NCBI GenBank assembly: GCA_009602735.1
Contig: WELA01002286.1
Location: forward strand, 1 to 49,082
DNA: 49,082 nt
Source: Mesotaenium endlicherianum
Lineage: Eukaryota
Direction of reading: 5' to 3'
This document shows positions 38,077-49,082 of the stretch, one piece after another. The notes below the pieces were generated by a model. The model worked only from the letters and a program-made list of their open reading frames with translations. It was not told the origin of the DNA and searched no databases. A program made the position numbers and the translations under genes. Every line of letters starts with the position of its first letter. Positions within the stretch are counted from its first letter, which is position 1.

Positions 38077-39843
38077 TGAAAGGGGCGGAGTGCCCTTGGG
38101 GAGGCGTAGTGACTCACGAAGAAAAGAACTAGTTGCAATCATACTAAAGAGTGCAGCGGCAGGTCACTAAGATAGCTTACAAAATTACTTGACATTTTGA
38201 GTAGCAAGAAACTGCTCACAAATGAACTAGGATGAAAGGTCTTGTCATTACAAACTCGTAGGAATTTCCAGGAGTGAAAACTAATAAGAAACAAAAAGGT
38301 TATGCCTATCTGTAGTTTTCTACGACGGCCGCTCGCTCCTAGGCTAGAGGGTCGCTTAGCAACAGAATTTTCCAAGTGTTTGTCAAATCGTCCCTTCCAG
38401 AATATTTGTGAGTAGGTCAGATCTACCTCATCCTACGTGTCGCGCTGATTTGACGTCCATATGCATGCATCGACATAACTAGAATATTCTATCTTAGGCG
38501 CGCTTGGCCAAATCGAAACTTCTACGTAATTCAAACTAGTTGGCACTCTGCATCAGCCGATATTACGTGAAGGTTCAAATTTCCTCTAACGGGCCAGATC
38601 GTTTGACGCTGTTGGTCAATTCGACGGTCGCGCTCACCGCGAAACAAGGACAGTCGTCAACCGACCTCAAAACTAATTAAACTTTGGAAGTCCATAACTC
38701 TTTCAGTACTAAACCATATTCAATGAACTTCATATCAAAATGACCACACAAATGCACTCTACATTACTATAAAATCAAAATTTTCCATCATGGATTTCAA
38801 AAATGGACTTCATAAAGCTATGACCTTACATTATCCCCCTCCTCAACGTGCGACGTCCTTGACACATTCTGCAAGTAACGTCTCAACTTACTCTTGAGTC
38901 AAGTTGGCCTCCGGCTCCTAAGTGTTGTCGTCCGTATGGTAGCCTTTCCACTTGACCAGATACTCTTGAACCCATGTTGCATCGTGTCCTTCACCACTAA
39001 CTGGTAAAGATGTGATGAAGTCTATACCAATCTGCTCCAAAGGATACTTCGAAATAGGCAAGGGTGGCAATGTACAATCTCTTTTGATTTGGTGCCTTGT
39101 TTCTCTGGCACGCATCGCAACTTATGGTCCACTTCTTGATGTCCTTTTCCAAATTTCTCCATTAATACTCTCGCTTCATCACGCTTGTTTTATTCTCGCT
39201 TCCAAAATGTCCAGCATATAGGCAACCATGATACTCCGCAAGTAGTAAGTCTTGTAGCTCCTTCACGTCAAGGTCTACCACTCTCTTCAAATTACGATAA
39301 TACCATATGCTGTTTTTAAACTGCATACTTGAGATGAACTCAGCTGCCCCACCATAAGCAAACTCTGGGTCCTCCTCATATCCTCTTTGAAGATTCCTCT
39401 TCAAGTGCAGACTCTCCTTGATGACCTATAGAGGTGCAAGATCGCACCTCCTAGATAAAGCGTCTGCAGGGTTGATCTTCCCAGCTAAATACTCAATATT
39501 GTGGTCAAACTGTTGCAAAACTTCCATCCATCTTGCCTGTCTTGGTGTCAACGTTGGCTGCGTCATAAACTTCTCCAAGCTCTTGTGGTCAGTCTTGATG
39601 AACACCTTCCTTCCGTCCACATAACGTCGCCAAATCCTCAAGGCCTGGATAATAGCCAACATCTTCCGCTCGTGTGCTGCATAGTTCTGCTCAGCAGAAC
39701 TCACTTCTAGCTCTCATATGCCACTGGTTGCAATCCTTTGCTCTAGCCCTCAAGAAGAATGGCTCCCACTACAATAGTTGATGCATCCGTGATGATGGTG
39801 AAAAGAAGCTCTGGGCAGGCAATTGCCAACACAGGTGCCTGTG
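38077..39843 (-). mobile_element. Family B relic: 3' LTR (38077-38830), PPT, deleted RH-INT-chromodomain
   Basis: Reverse complement aligns with B 18235-20888; integrase core deleted ([17 protein letters not shown]); cut at 39843 by D2. Confidence 0.92.
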
Positions 39844-40524
39844 TGAAACGAATCGACTTACAAAATAGACGATTAACAATTAATAAAGATTTTTATATCA
39901 GCAAGTAATCTTTATGGTATTGTCCGTTAATTGACTTAACAGCAAAGGACAACACGCTAGCAGTGAACAATACTCGTACACTAGCATCAATAATGAAATC
40001 AGTTAACTCATACATAAGCAAGGTTGGAAGACAGTGTGTATTAATGGCTTCTCGCCTTGAATTCAGATCTCTCTCAGTTAGTTGTACAAGAGAGTTGGCC
40101 TTGTTTCCGAATGCCAAACTCAAGAGCAATCCTAGCATATGTACATGGAATGAGTTAACTGTTCAACGGCCAGTGCGATGGCACCGCCTACCCGCGAGTT
40201 AACCACGTTGGTAGGACCTCGATTAACCAAACCCACCACCATCTCCCATCATCCCGAGTCGCCATCCATCATAGGGATGTCATCTGGCCATTCCTCTAGC
40301 ATACCACACATAGGCAGTTCGCTGCTACCGAGTACGGAAGTCAGCCGACTATCAAAGAATGTGTCAGCAAGCTGACTTAAGTTGACTTCAGCCTGCTGCT
40401 TCCGGCTGAGTCCTTAAATTAATAATTATATAAAGTCCAACAGACTCACATACTACATAAAGTTCAGCAGGCTGAAATTAATTAACTATTATATTTAAAT
40501 CTACCAATATAGTGATTCATTACA
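39844..40524 (-). repeat. 3' LTR of D2
   Basis: TG...CA termini; homologous to 21378-22081; preceded by PPT 40525-40534. Confidence 0.88.
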
Positions 40525-40614
40525 ATCCCTCCAAGTCAACTTGTTGTCGCCTCGACAACATTGATTTTTGGTCAGGGAACTGAACCTGACCAGCCTCCCC
40601 CACTGCCTGCCTCT

Positions 40615-42082
40615 TCAACCTGTCACATAGGGGGTTGTTCTTGGGGCTTCACGATCAGGAGACAAAGATCTGGACCTAGATCTGGAGAGCCCTCTAGGTC
40701 TGTCAGCTGTCTTTCTAAAGAACCTCGTTTGTTCTAAAGTTGGACCTCGAGGAGAACGAAGGATGGTAGCCTGCTCTTCTACCACTTCGGAGTTGATCCC
40801 CGCATAGACAGGCATTCCAGTAGGATGCTGAAACACATTGGCAAGAGGTACATGCCCCTGAGCGAAGGGAGAGGCCGGCATACCTCTGGCCACCCCGCGT
40901 GTCCCTCTTCTGGCACTCTTGTCCTCTGAGGATTTCTGCCTTTCTCTGCTGCCAAGTACAGTCAGATCAGCTATTTCCCCTGCTTGGGCAGGTGGGCTGG
41001 GGGATCGAGTGCGCGGTTCAATTACCTCCATGGCCGGGGTCCATATTCCTGATTTTTGGCTCCTAAGGAAGCCTTGCTCTTGCTTGCCTCTGGGTGTCGT
41101 GAGTACCAGCTCCTGATGCTTCTCCTCTGCCTTATTCTTCTTCCTCATCCTCCTCATCTTCCTCCTCTGAGAAAGTAGGAGTCTCGTCCACTAAGTCGTC
41201 GTGCTCCCTGGTAGACATGGAGTAGTCTACTGACCTCCCTTTTTTAGGGCGCGCTGGAGGTTGCTTGGCCTTCAGCCTGCTGATATCTATCTGGCTTGCA
41301 TTCTTCGCCCATTTGACAAGGGCATGCTTTCCCTTAGAGAAGTAGTCCCTCTCCCTCCTCCTGTGCTCCTTGGTCTCTGCATTCATATTCCTCAGGCAGC
41401 CATTCAGCCTGGGGTCCCAAGGGGCAATGTGAGGTGGTAGGATGAGGTAGCCGTCTAGGCCATATTGGAAGTCGTCCGGTTGGGCTCGGTCACACTCCTG
41501 CTTTTTGTTTGTGACGGTCATCCACCTCCTGTCTGTTGGCTGCTGTTGATACTGGGGTCCATGCTCAGCCTTGCTCAGCTTACGCGGGGACCAATGGGGA
41601 GAGAACATCTGTTGTCTTGTTTCCCTGGCCAAGTACTCCCAGCTCCTCCTCTCAACTTCATTGTAAGCTGGCAGTAGTGTGAGGTAGAAAACCGTATCCT
41701 TAAAGCTATCGAGCCGCATGCTCACCATCCTGATGAGTTTCTGATCTCCCACTATTCTCGGTACTAGAACTGGCTTGTTCTCTGAATCAGCTGCAAGGTA
41801 CAGGGCTCGCTCAGCTGTATAGCCCACCATCTTGGCATAATCTTCGTAGAGGACCACACCAGTGTGTGTCTCAATGTACCTATCCAGTGCTGCAGCTCCT
41901 TCCCTCTGTAGCAGTGTTGTCTGTTCCAGCTTGTTGATTTCTTGGGCTGCCAGCAATGCTTCCTTCAGGTTATCAAAGTTTTGGCCACCCACCACAGTAT
42001 ACCTGTAAGTGGCCAAGCTCTTCTGCCTGTCCGCTTCAGCCTTTTTCCTTCTCTCGTCCTCTGCCGCTGCCGCTTCTTCTTG
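40615..42082 (-). pseudogene. D2 ORF3 central and C-terminal part (unknown protein)
   Basis: Long open stretches 41132-42082 and 40615-41157 joined by a stop and frameshift; conserved with D1. Confidence 0.85.
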
Positions 42083-43214
42083 CAGGGTTACGTCGTACGC
42101 CGTACTGGCCGACCCTCGTACGCTTGATTAAGCGTACTGAAGCAGTACGCACGTACTAAGCGAACGAAGTAAAATTCAAGCGTGCGTCGCCCGGATACGG
42201 TTCAGCGCGATTGACGCCTTCACTATTGGGTCGTTTAGCTCTCAGAGTCAGAATTATCGCGTCGGGAATTGTGAAAACTTCCTAAATTTGCACGCCTAAG
42301 TTTTTTGCGTTTGCCGACATTGTTTGCAATTGCTTCTGTGCACATACGAAACCCCTTTGAGACTAAGTCTATGGCCGCCTCCTAGTGAGACCATCTTCCT
42401 CATTCGTTTCATTATTACCCATTTGGTATGTTCGCTGTCCTCTATTACCCTTCGCTCTTGCATTGTAATGCTTGCATTTTGCTTGGCTTGTTGTTAGTCA
42501 TCAAATCAATCCGTTTTGGGAGTTTATCCGAAGTTCTTTCATATTTACCAAAACTCTCACTGTTTTGTATGTCTCTATATGTAGGTCCCAAAGTCAAGAA
42601 ATTGTTGAAGATTTCTTGCTGCAGATGTACTACATCGCTTGTCAACACCTGCAGCAGCAAGTGAGATTCCCCCCCGCTCCATCTCTCCCGTTCTTTGTGT
42701 ATTTGAATGCAAATTGGAGATATCATTGAATGTGTTAGGCTGCAAATATGACTCCAATTCTCTTTCATGGAACTTTTGGAACGCGTGCTATTGCCCAGAT
42801 TCACCTGCTGGGCCACAGGATGCTCTTGCTGCTGGCCTGCACGCTTTGGAGGCCTGAAGCACGTGGCTGTCTAGAGACGGAGAGGGAAGGAGGGAGAGAG
42901 GGAGGGAGGGAGGGAGGGACGGAGGGGAGGGGGGGAGGGGGGCTTGGGGCTGATCAACTCGATGCTGACAGGTCGCCGCGGGCCCATTGGGGATGGGAGC
43001 GAGAGTGGGCGACGCTGCTGTAGCCATGGGAGGTCTGGGCAGCTTCGGGTTTTGGGCCATCTGGAGCCTTTTGGCGCAGCTGCTCTGCTCATTTGTTCCC
43101 TGGCGAAGTCGGGGGCAGGGGGAGGGAGGCAAGGGGGAGTGCGGAAGAGAGCATGGAGGGGGAGGGTGGGAGGGGTTAAAGCGGGGCAGGGAGCCAGGGG
43201 TGGACGGAGAGAGC

Positions 43215-44138
43215 NNNNNNNNNNNNNNNNNNNNNNNNNNNNNNNNNNNNNNNNNNNNNNNNNNNNNNNNNNNNNNNNNNNNNNNNNNNNNNNNNNNNNN
43301 NNNNNNNNNNNNNNNNNNNNNNNNNNNNNNNNNNNNNNNNNNNNNNNNNNNNNNNNNNNNNNNNNNNNNNNNNNNNNNNNNNNNNNNNNNNNNNNNNNNN
43401 NNNNNNNNNNNNNNNNNNNNNNNNNNNNNNNNNNNNNNNNNNNNNNNNNNNNNNNNNNNNNNNNNNNNNNNNNNNNNNNNNNNNNNNNNNNNNNNNNNNN
43501 NNNNNNNNNNNNNNNNNNNNNNNNNNNNNNNNNNNNNNNNNNNNNNNNNNNNNNNNNNNNNNNNNNNNNNNNNNNNNNNNNNNNNNNNNNNNNNNNNNNN
43601 NNNNNNNNNNNNNNNNNNNNNNNNNNNNNNNNNNNNNNNNNNNNNNNNNNNNNNNNNNNNNNNNNNNNNNNNNNNNNNNNNNNNNNNNNNNNNNNNNNNN
43701 NNNNNNNNNNNNNNNNNNNNNNNNNNNNNNNNNNNNNNNNNNNNNNNNNNNNNNNNNNNNNNNNNNNNNNNNNNNNNNNNNNNNNNNNNNNNNNNNNNNN
43801 NNNNNNNNNNNNNNNNNNNNNNNNNNNNNNNNNNNNNNNNNNNNNNNNNNNNNNNNNNNNNNNNNNNNNNNNNNNNNNNNNNNNNNNNNNNNNNNNNNNN
43901 NNNNNNNNNNNNNNNNNNNNNNNNNNNNNNNNNNNNNNNNNNNNNNNNNNNNNNNNNNNNNNNNNNNNNNNNNNNNNNNNNNNNNNNNNNNNNNNNNNNN
44001 NNNNNNNNNNNNNNNNNNNNNNNNNNNNNNNNNNNNNNNNNNNNNNNNNNNNNNNNNNNNNNNNNNNNNNNNNNNNNNNNNNNNNNNNNNNNNNNNNNNN
44101 NNNNNNNNNNNNNNNNNNNNNNNNNNNNNNNNNNNNNN
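43215..44138. other. Assembly gap
   Basis: N run. Confidence 1.
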
Positions 44139-44819
44139 CCTTCTCCCCCCCCCCGGACCTCGCCTGCGTGCCTGGAGGCCCGCATGCGCGGGGCAACAGC
44201 AGCAGAATCGGCTGTCTGCCCCAACTTGGTATGTGCGAAGGGGGAAAACGGCAGCAGCTGCATGCAAAGGCTCTTTGGTGGGCTTTAGCAAGGGCCCCAC
44301 AGCAGTGGCTCACCCCTCTATCGTCTTGTGGAGGAGGGAGGTTGTGTGCAGGGAGCTGTGTGTGCAGGGCGATGGGAGCGGTGGCCCACTACCTGGTCTG
44401 GCGTGTGTGAAGGGGGGCTGTTCAGGGCATGGGTTGCTCACAGTCAATGTGCGGAACTGCGGCTGCCTGCATTCAAGTATTATGCGGGTTGGGGGGCGGT
44501 TCAAGGGTTCTCTTGAGGGTGTGGAAACAGCAAATGCTCCCCTCTGGTCGTATCTTTGCGTGGCTTTGGCGCAAGTGACATGTAGGGGTTGGTTTCGTGC
44601 TTGCAACTGCCTGCGTGGGGCAACGCCTTTGTGCCCTACTCTGGTCTAGCTTCTGGGGGGGGGGGGGNACGCCTATGGCTGCCCTACTCTGGTCTAGCTT
44701 CTTGGGGGGGGGGGTCGATGACAGCGGCCATGAGTGTTGGTGAGTGCATGCCTAATTGTGTACGTGTCATGTGCGTGCGTGGGCACTTGGGAGGGAGTGC
44801 TAGCCTCTCTCCCTCTTTC

Positions 44820-45085
44820 AATGTGTGCATGTGTCTGTGCGTGTGTGCGTGTGTGCGTGTGTGTTTGTGCAGGCAAGATGTTGCGGGGGCAAGAGCGCGC
44901 GGCAAGCATGTGTGTCTCTGCATGTTTGCCTGTGCGCATGCGCGCTTGCGTGTGCGTGTGCGTGTGCGTGTGTGTGTGTCTGTGTGTGCGTACGCGGGTG
45001 CAAGTATGTACGCATGCGCACGTGCGGGGGTGTGTGCATGCCTGTGTGTGAGGATCATGTGCATGTTTGTATGTTTGTATGTGTC
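44820..45085. repeat. Degenerate (GT)n/(GC)n microsatellite inside hAT3
   Basis: GTGTGTGCGTGTGC runs. Confidence 0.9.
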
Positions 45086-46101
45086 AGTAGAGGAAGAGGA
45101 GGTGGAGGAGCTTCCTAGTGCTGGAGCTGCAAGAAGAAGAAGAGCAAGATCTGAATGTCGCTAGCTAGCTATTAGCATGTACATAATGTAATGAACCTCT
45201 TTTGAAATTTGAATCTATTTGGTACACTAAATCTTGATGCAATGTTGCATATTTTGTGAATGATGTACATTGCATTAAGTGCTCATTAGAAGAGGAAAAT
45301 GTGGTGCACTAGGGAGTGTGCATGATATATTCATATAAATATCTAGCCAACAAATTCAAAATAGAGTGTCCATTCCATGCATACATTACTTGAAGTCATG
45401 ACACGCACATAGATAAGAAGCTATCGTGAACTCATCCATTGCGGCGTATGATTCTCCATTAAGTAAGTTGGTACATATGATTTGTCATTAAGTTAGGGAT
45501 ATTCTTCGAGTTTATTTATGAAAAGGATGTGTCATGACAAATTAAAGATATCATCATAATAATAAAAGCAAGACATTGGTGTGAAAGTTAGAGGAGAACC
45601 GAACGAACATTTTTGGTGTGTGGAAATTAGAGAGGGAGGCTGCATACAACAATGTGAATGGTAATGCCCATCTTGTACTCGCGTGACTAGTTTTAGTAGA
45701 GGTAAATGAAAAGTGACGGGTTATCATTTACCTGAGTATACAAGCCCACCTTACAACCTAAAATTGTGTCTTTGGCAATTTGGTTAGGCTCCGCTCCTCA
45801 CATTAAGTGACGGGGTTTCACATCCGCCTGCTGGCAACCGTGTAAAGGTGAAATATATAAAAAATTTCCGGCCGGCAGTGAACGCATCCGGTCAGCCGAA
45901 AAAAGCAGTCAATCTTGATCAAAAAGTTGACTCCCATGACGTTGTACTTTTGCACGCGTGACACACAATGAATATTGACGTCAGCGCTACATAACGTCGA
46001 CGACGTCGTGACTTGGCGTACTAAGCGAACTAGCCATAATTTTTATGCGGCAAATTAAGCGAACTAGCGTATTAAGCGAACAAGCGTACGGCGTAACCTT
46101 G

Positions 46102-46318
46102 TCTTCTTGTTGTTTCTTCTGTCTCGCCTCCTCAGCTTTCCTGAGGTTTTCCGCTTCCTGATCCTTCTTCCTCTGTGCTTCTTCTGCCGCCTCTTGTTGT
46201 CTGCGGACCCTTTCCTGGTGAGGGACGTCACAGCCAGCTCCTTTTGGTATTGCTCCATTGTTCTCCTGGCTTCTTCTGCCTTGCGCTTTCTGTCCTCCTT
46301 TTGTGTGGTGGGAGCCAT
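46102..46318 (-). pseudogene. D2 ORF3 N-terminus
   Basis: MAPTTQKEDRKRKAEEARRTMEQYQKEL..; one frameshift near 46212. Confidence 0.85.
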
Positions 46319-46752
46319 CCTGCACATGTAACCAGGACACAAGTTAGTAGGATATTGACCTTTGTCATAGGAGTTGCAGGAAGGAAGTAAGTTCGTATTA
46401 GTATGGTGCATTCGCTCCTGTTTACCTCACGGGGTGATTGCTACGAGTTGACGTAAATGCAGTGCGCTAGACATAAACGTATGAATGTGTTTTAAGGTGC
46501 GTTAAGTGATGTATTGCTGTGCGAGGCCCTTTTTCCTTTCGCCCAAGGTGCTTTATATGGCCAGGCTGTCCCATCTGTCACTATGCTGACACTTAGGATT
46601 CACATAACCGTCCCATCTGTCACTATGCTGACACTTAGGGTTCACATACTGACCCTTTCTCGCTCTCGCACACTAACTGATATATACTTTCCCCTCCAAC
46701 TTAAATGGAGACAAGACCTCCTGTCACCTTCCCGTGTCAACTGAAATGACCG

Positions 46753-48422
46753 TTAGGGAGGGGCTCCAGCGTCCCGAAGGTGGAACTGTTTCAATGCCCC
46801 TTTGGCATTGGTCAAATGGTCTTTAAATTCCCAAGTGTCCCGAGACGCATCGTAACCCTTCCATCGAATGAGGTACTTCATGACATATTTAGACGATCGA
46901 CGGACCGAGCACGCGTCTAAAATCTCCTCAACGTCATAATCCTCAGGGTCACCATCCCGGACAGCGGGGACCGGTCCCGGTTGGACAGGTAACCGACCTG
47001 TGAACAGTGTGTCACCTTTCATGTATGGTTCCAGGAAGGAGACATTAAAGATCGGGTGACCCTTGTATTCTGCTGACATATTCAGTTTGTAAGCATTCTG
47101 ACCGACACGGCGCACCACCGAATATGGACCGACCCACACACGACCAAGCTTTTTCTTGACCACACCAGGGAGGTACAGGTGCTGAGAATGTAGTTTGACC
47201 TAATTGCCCTTAGAAAAGGTTAGTTCTCGACGGTGCTGATTAACGTACTTTTGTTTGTTTTCTAAGGCTTTGTGCAAATTTTCTTGGAGTTTTGACAGGG
47301 TGTCAGCTAACTCGTGAGTTAACTGGAGAGAGACCGAATTGTCAATCCCTTCAGGGTGAGTTGAAGACTCCCCTAGGACATCAGATGGAGAATTAGGGCC
47401 CCTACCCAGGCTTAGTTCAAAAGGGGTCTTGCCCGTTGACGCGTGCACCGCACTGTTGACCGCAAACTGGATTTGAGGTAACAAGTCATCCCACTTATCT
47501 TGTTTTTGGTTAACATAGGCTCTCAGTACCTCTTGCAAAACTCGATTAGTTCTTTCAGTCTGCCCATCACTCTGAGGGTGGTTTGCTGTACTGAGCAACT
47601 GCTTGACTCCAATTAACCCCATTAAAGCTCTCCAGAACTTAGAGGTAAATTTTGAGTCTCTGTCTGAGATTATATTAGAAGGGAGCCCATGTTGGCATAC
47701 TACATGGTTGTAGAACTGTCTCGCTGTTTTGAGTGCAGTTACTTTGACAGTTGTGGGGATGAAAATGACCATTTTTGTCAGTTTATCCACAACTACCAGT
47801 ATCGAATCATGCCCATTGGCAGTTCGTGGCAGTGTGACCACCCACTCCATGGATATGGTTTCCCAGCGGCCAGCTGGGATGGGCAGCGGTTGTAAGAGGC
47901 CCCCTGGTGGTGTGTGCCTAGACTTATTCTTTTGACACTGGTCACAGGACTTAACGTATTTCAAGACCTCCCAAGGTTATCCCTCCCAATGATAATGTTT
48001 TGCCAGTTTGCCCACAATTTTGGCCTGCCCCAACTGCCCACCCAGTAGACTGTCATGTTCTTGACTCAATAAAAGGGACCTTATTTCCAAGTTATTAGGA
48101 ATGACCAGCTTCAGGCTGCTTGAAATCACCCAGACCCCTCCCTTAAGCTTATACCCAAGTGTAGTAGCAAGAAACACACCATTAGTGGGGCTGGGCTCAA
48201 ATGTTGGGTCAGAAAGGTAGGCTTTCCTATGCTGTTCAAGTAAGGACTTTTTCACCTTTAGTGAAGTGAGTGCACACAGGACTTTAGCTACCGCATGCTG
48301 ACTAAAGTTCCTTTCTTGCAAGTCAGGTCGTCCAGAGAGTGCATCAGCAGGGTTCAACTTCCCTGGTTTGTAGTCAATCTGGACTTGGAATTGCTCCAGC
48401 ATCTGGCTCCAGCGGTTCTCCC
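46753..48422 (-). pseudogene. pol: D2 pol 3' part (RH end, integrase, GPY, chromodomain)
   Basis: YKPGKLNPADALS, CDQC, ISDRDSKFTS, GPYSV, YDVEEILD..YLIRWKGY..DTWE. Confidence 0.93.
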
Positions 48423-49082
48423 CAGGGTTACGCCGTTCGCTTGTTCGCTTAATTCGCCAAGTTCACTAGTTCGCTTAGTTTGGTGTTCAAAAAAGAAGGT
48501 TAGTTCGCTTAGTGCGCCAAGTCACGACGCCGTTGACGTAACGTAAGCTTGACGTCGACGCCCCTTGGTGGTCGCACGCGCAAAAGTACAACGTCGCGGT
48601 TGTCACGTTTTTTTTGTTCAGATTGAACTTTTTTTTTGGTGGACTGTTATATTTTTTCGGGCGCCCCGGCATGCTTGAAGGATTCACAAAAAAATCTCTC
48701 CATTTTCTCTATCAAGCTGGCCGATGGCAGGCGGATATGTACCCCTGCCACCTAGAGTGAGACGCGAAGCCTAACCTCAGTGCCAAATGAGTATTCTTTC
48801 AAGTGCGGAGGTGCTGTTAATTGCTGACCTACAATTATTGTCAACCAACCCTTTTTATCCGCTAGCAGAAGGTGGGCATTATTGTGTGGTAGTAAAAATC
48901 ACATGTGAGTTATGAGTTCCCTAACAGGTATGTGACAATATGTGTTGCTTGAATTGTTTATGGCACATGTCTAGAATATGTCGCTCATATGTTTTGTGAA
49001 GAAACTTTCTTTGAAATAATTGAATGAGAAACTATGTCTATCAAATTCACAATGGCTCTTATTATTTATGTGTTAGGCAACA
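48423..49082 (-). mobile_element. 3' end of a fourth hAT element (hAT4), extends beyond the window
   Basis: CAGGGTTACGCCGTTCGCTTGTTCGC matches the reverse complement of the hAT3 right end. Confidence 0.85.

Larger units (their letters stand above)
42083..46101 (+). mobile_element. Non-autonomous hAT element (hAT3)
   Basis: TIRs CAGGGTTACG / CGTAACCTTG; perfect TSD TCTTCTTG at 42075-42082 and 46102-46109; only the last transposase codons (EEEEVEELP..RRRARS*, 45088-45164) are visible. Confidence 0.92.
39844..48422 (-). mobile_element. Family D Gypsy chromovirus copy D2 (3' half), interrupted by hAT3 and cut by hAT4
   Basis: RH end-INT-chromodomain, spacer, ORF3, PPT TTGGAGGGAT, LTR TGTAATG...TTTCA. 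Confidence 0.9.

Noticed and set aside
40615..42082. ORF3 as a true envelope glycoprotein or a Fanzor/TnpB nuclease
   Set aside because: No signal peptide, TM helix, RuvC motifs or Cys zinc finger visible
42788..44410. 370-490-aa ORFs
   Set aside because: Artefacts of translating through the N gap
44589..45118. Cys/Val- and His/Thr-rich ORFs
   Set aside because: Translations of the GT microsatellite

Overview
Eukaryotic (probably green-plant/streptophyte) heterochromatin-like window made almost entirely of nested transposable elements; no host gene is recognisable. It holds three families of chromodomain-bearing Ty3/Gypsy LTR retrotransposons. Family A: full-length copy 7258-13936 (503-bp LTRs, TSD CTAGC), a decayed inverted copy 1-4248, and a solo LTR 29588-30088. 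Family B: intact, young copy 14746-20888 (744-bp LTRs, TSD TTTTG) and a deleted relic 38077-39843. Family D: two decayed minus-strand 3' halves, 21378-32734 and 39844-48422, plus LTR fragments. There are also degraded Ty1/Copia pieces and four hAT DNA-transposon insertions (TIR CAGGGTTACG, 8-bp TSDs). Most unusual: once the hAT insertions are removed, both family D copies carry a third ORF of roughly 560-600 aa between pol and the 3' LTR. It is preceded by an internal PPT-like tract and a conserved ~105-nt sense-strand intron ending 1 nt before its ATG, and it looks nuclear (coiled-coil/acidic/RS-rich) rather than envelope-like. Also notable: -1 frameshift signals at the gag/pol junctions (a predicted pseudoknot in B), a tRNA-like A-box/B-box module near every hAT 3' end, and all four hAT insertions falling at near-equivalent sites in family D. 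Identity and mismatch counts were made by eye.
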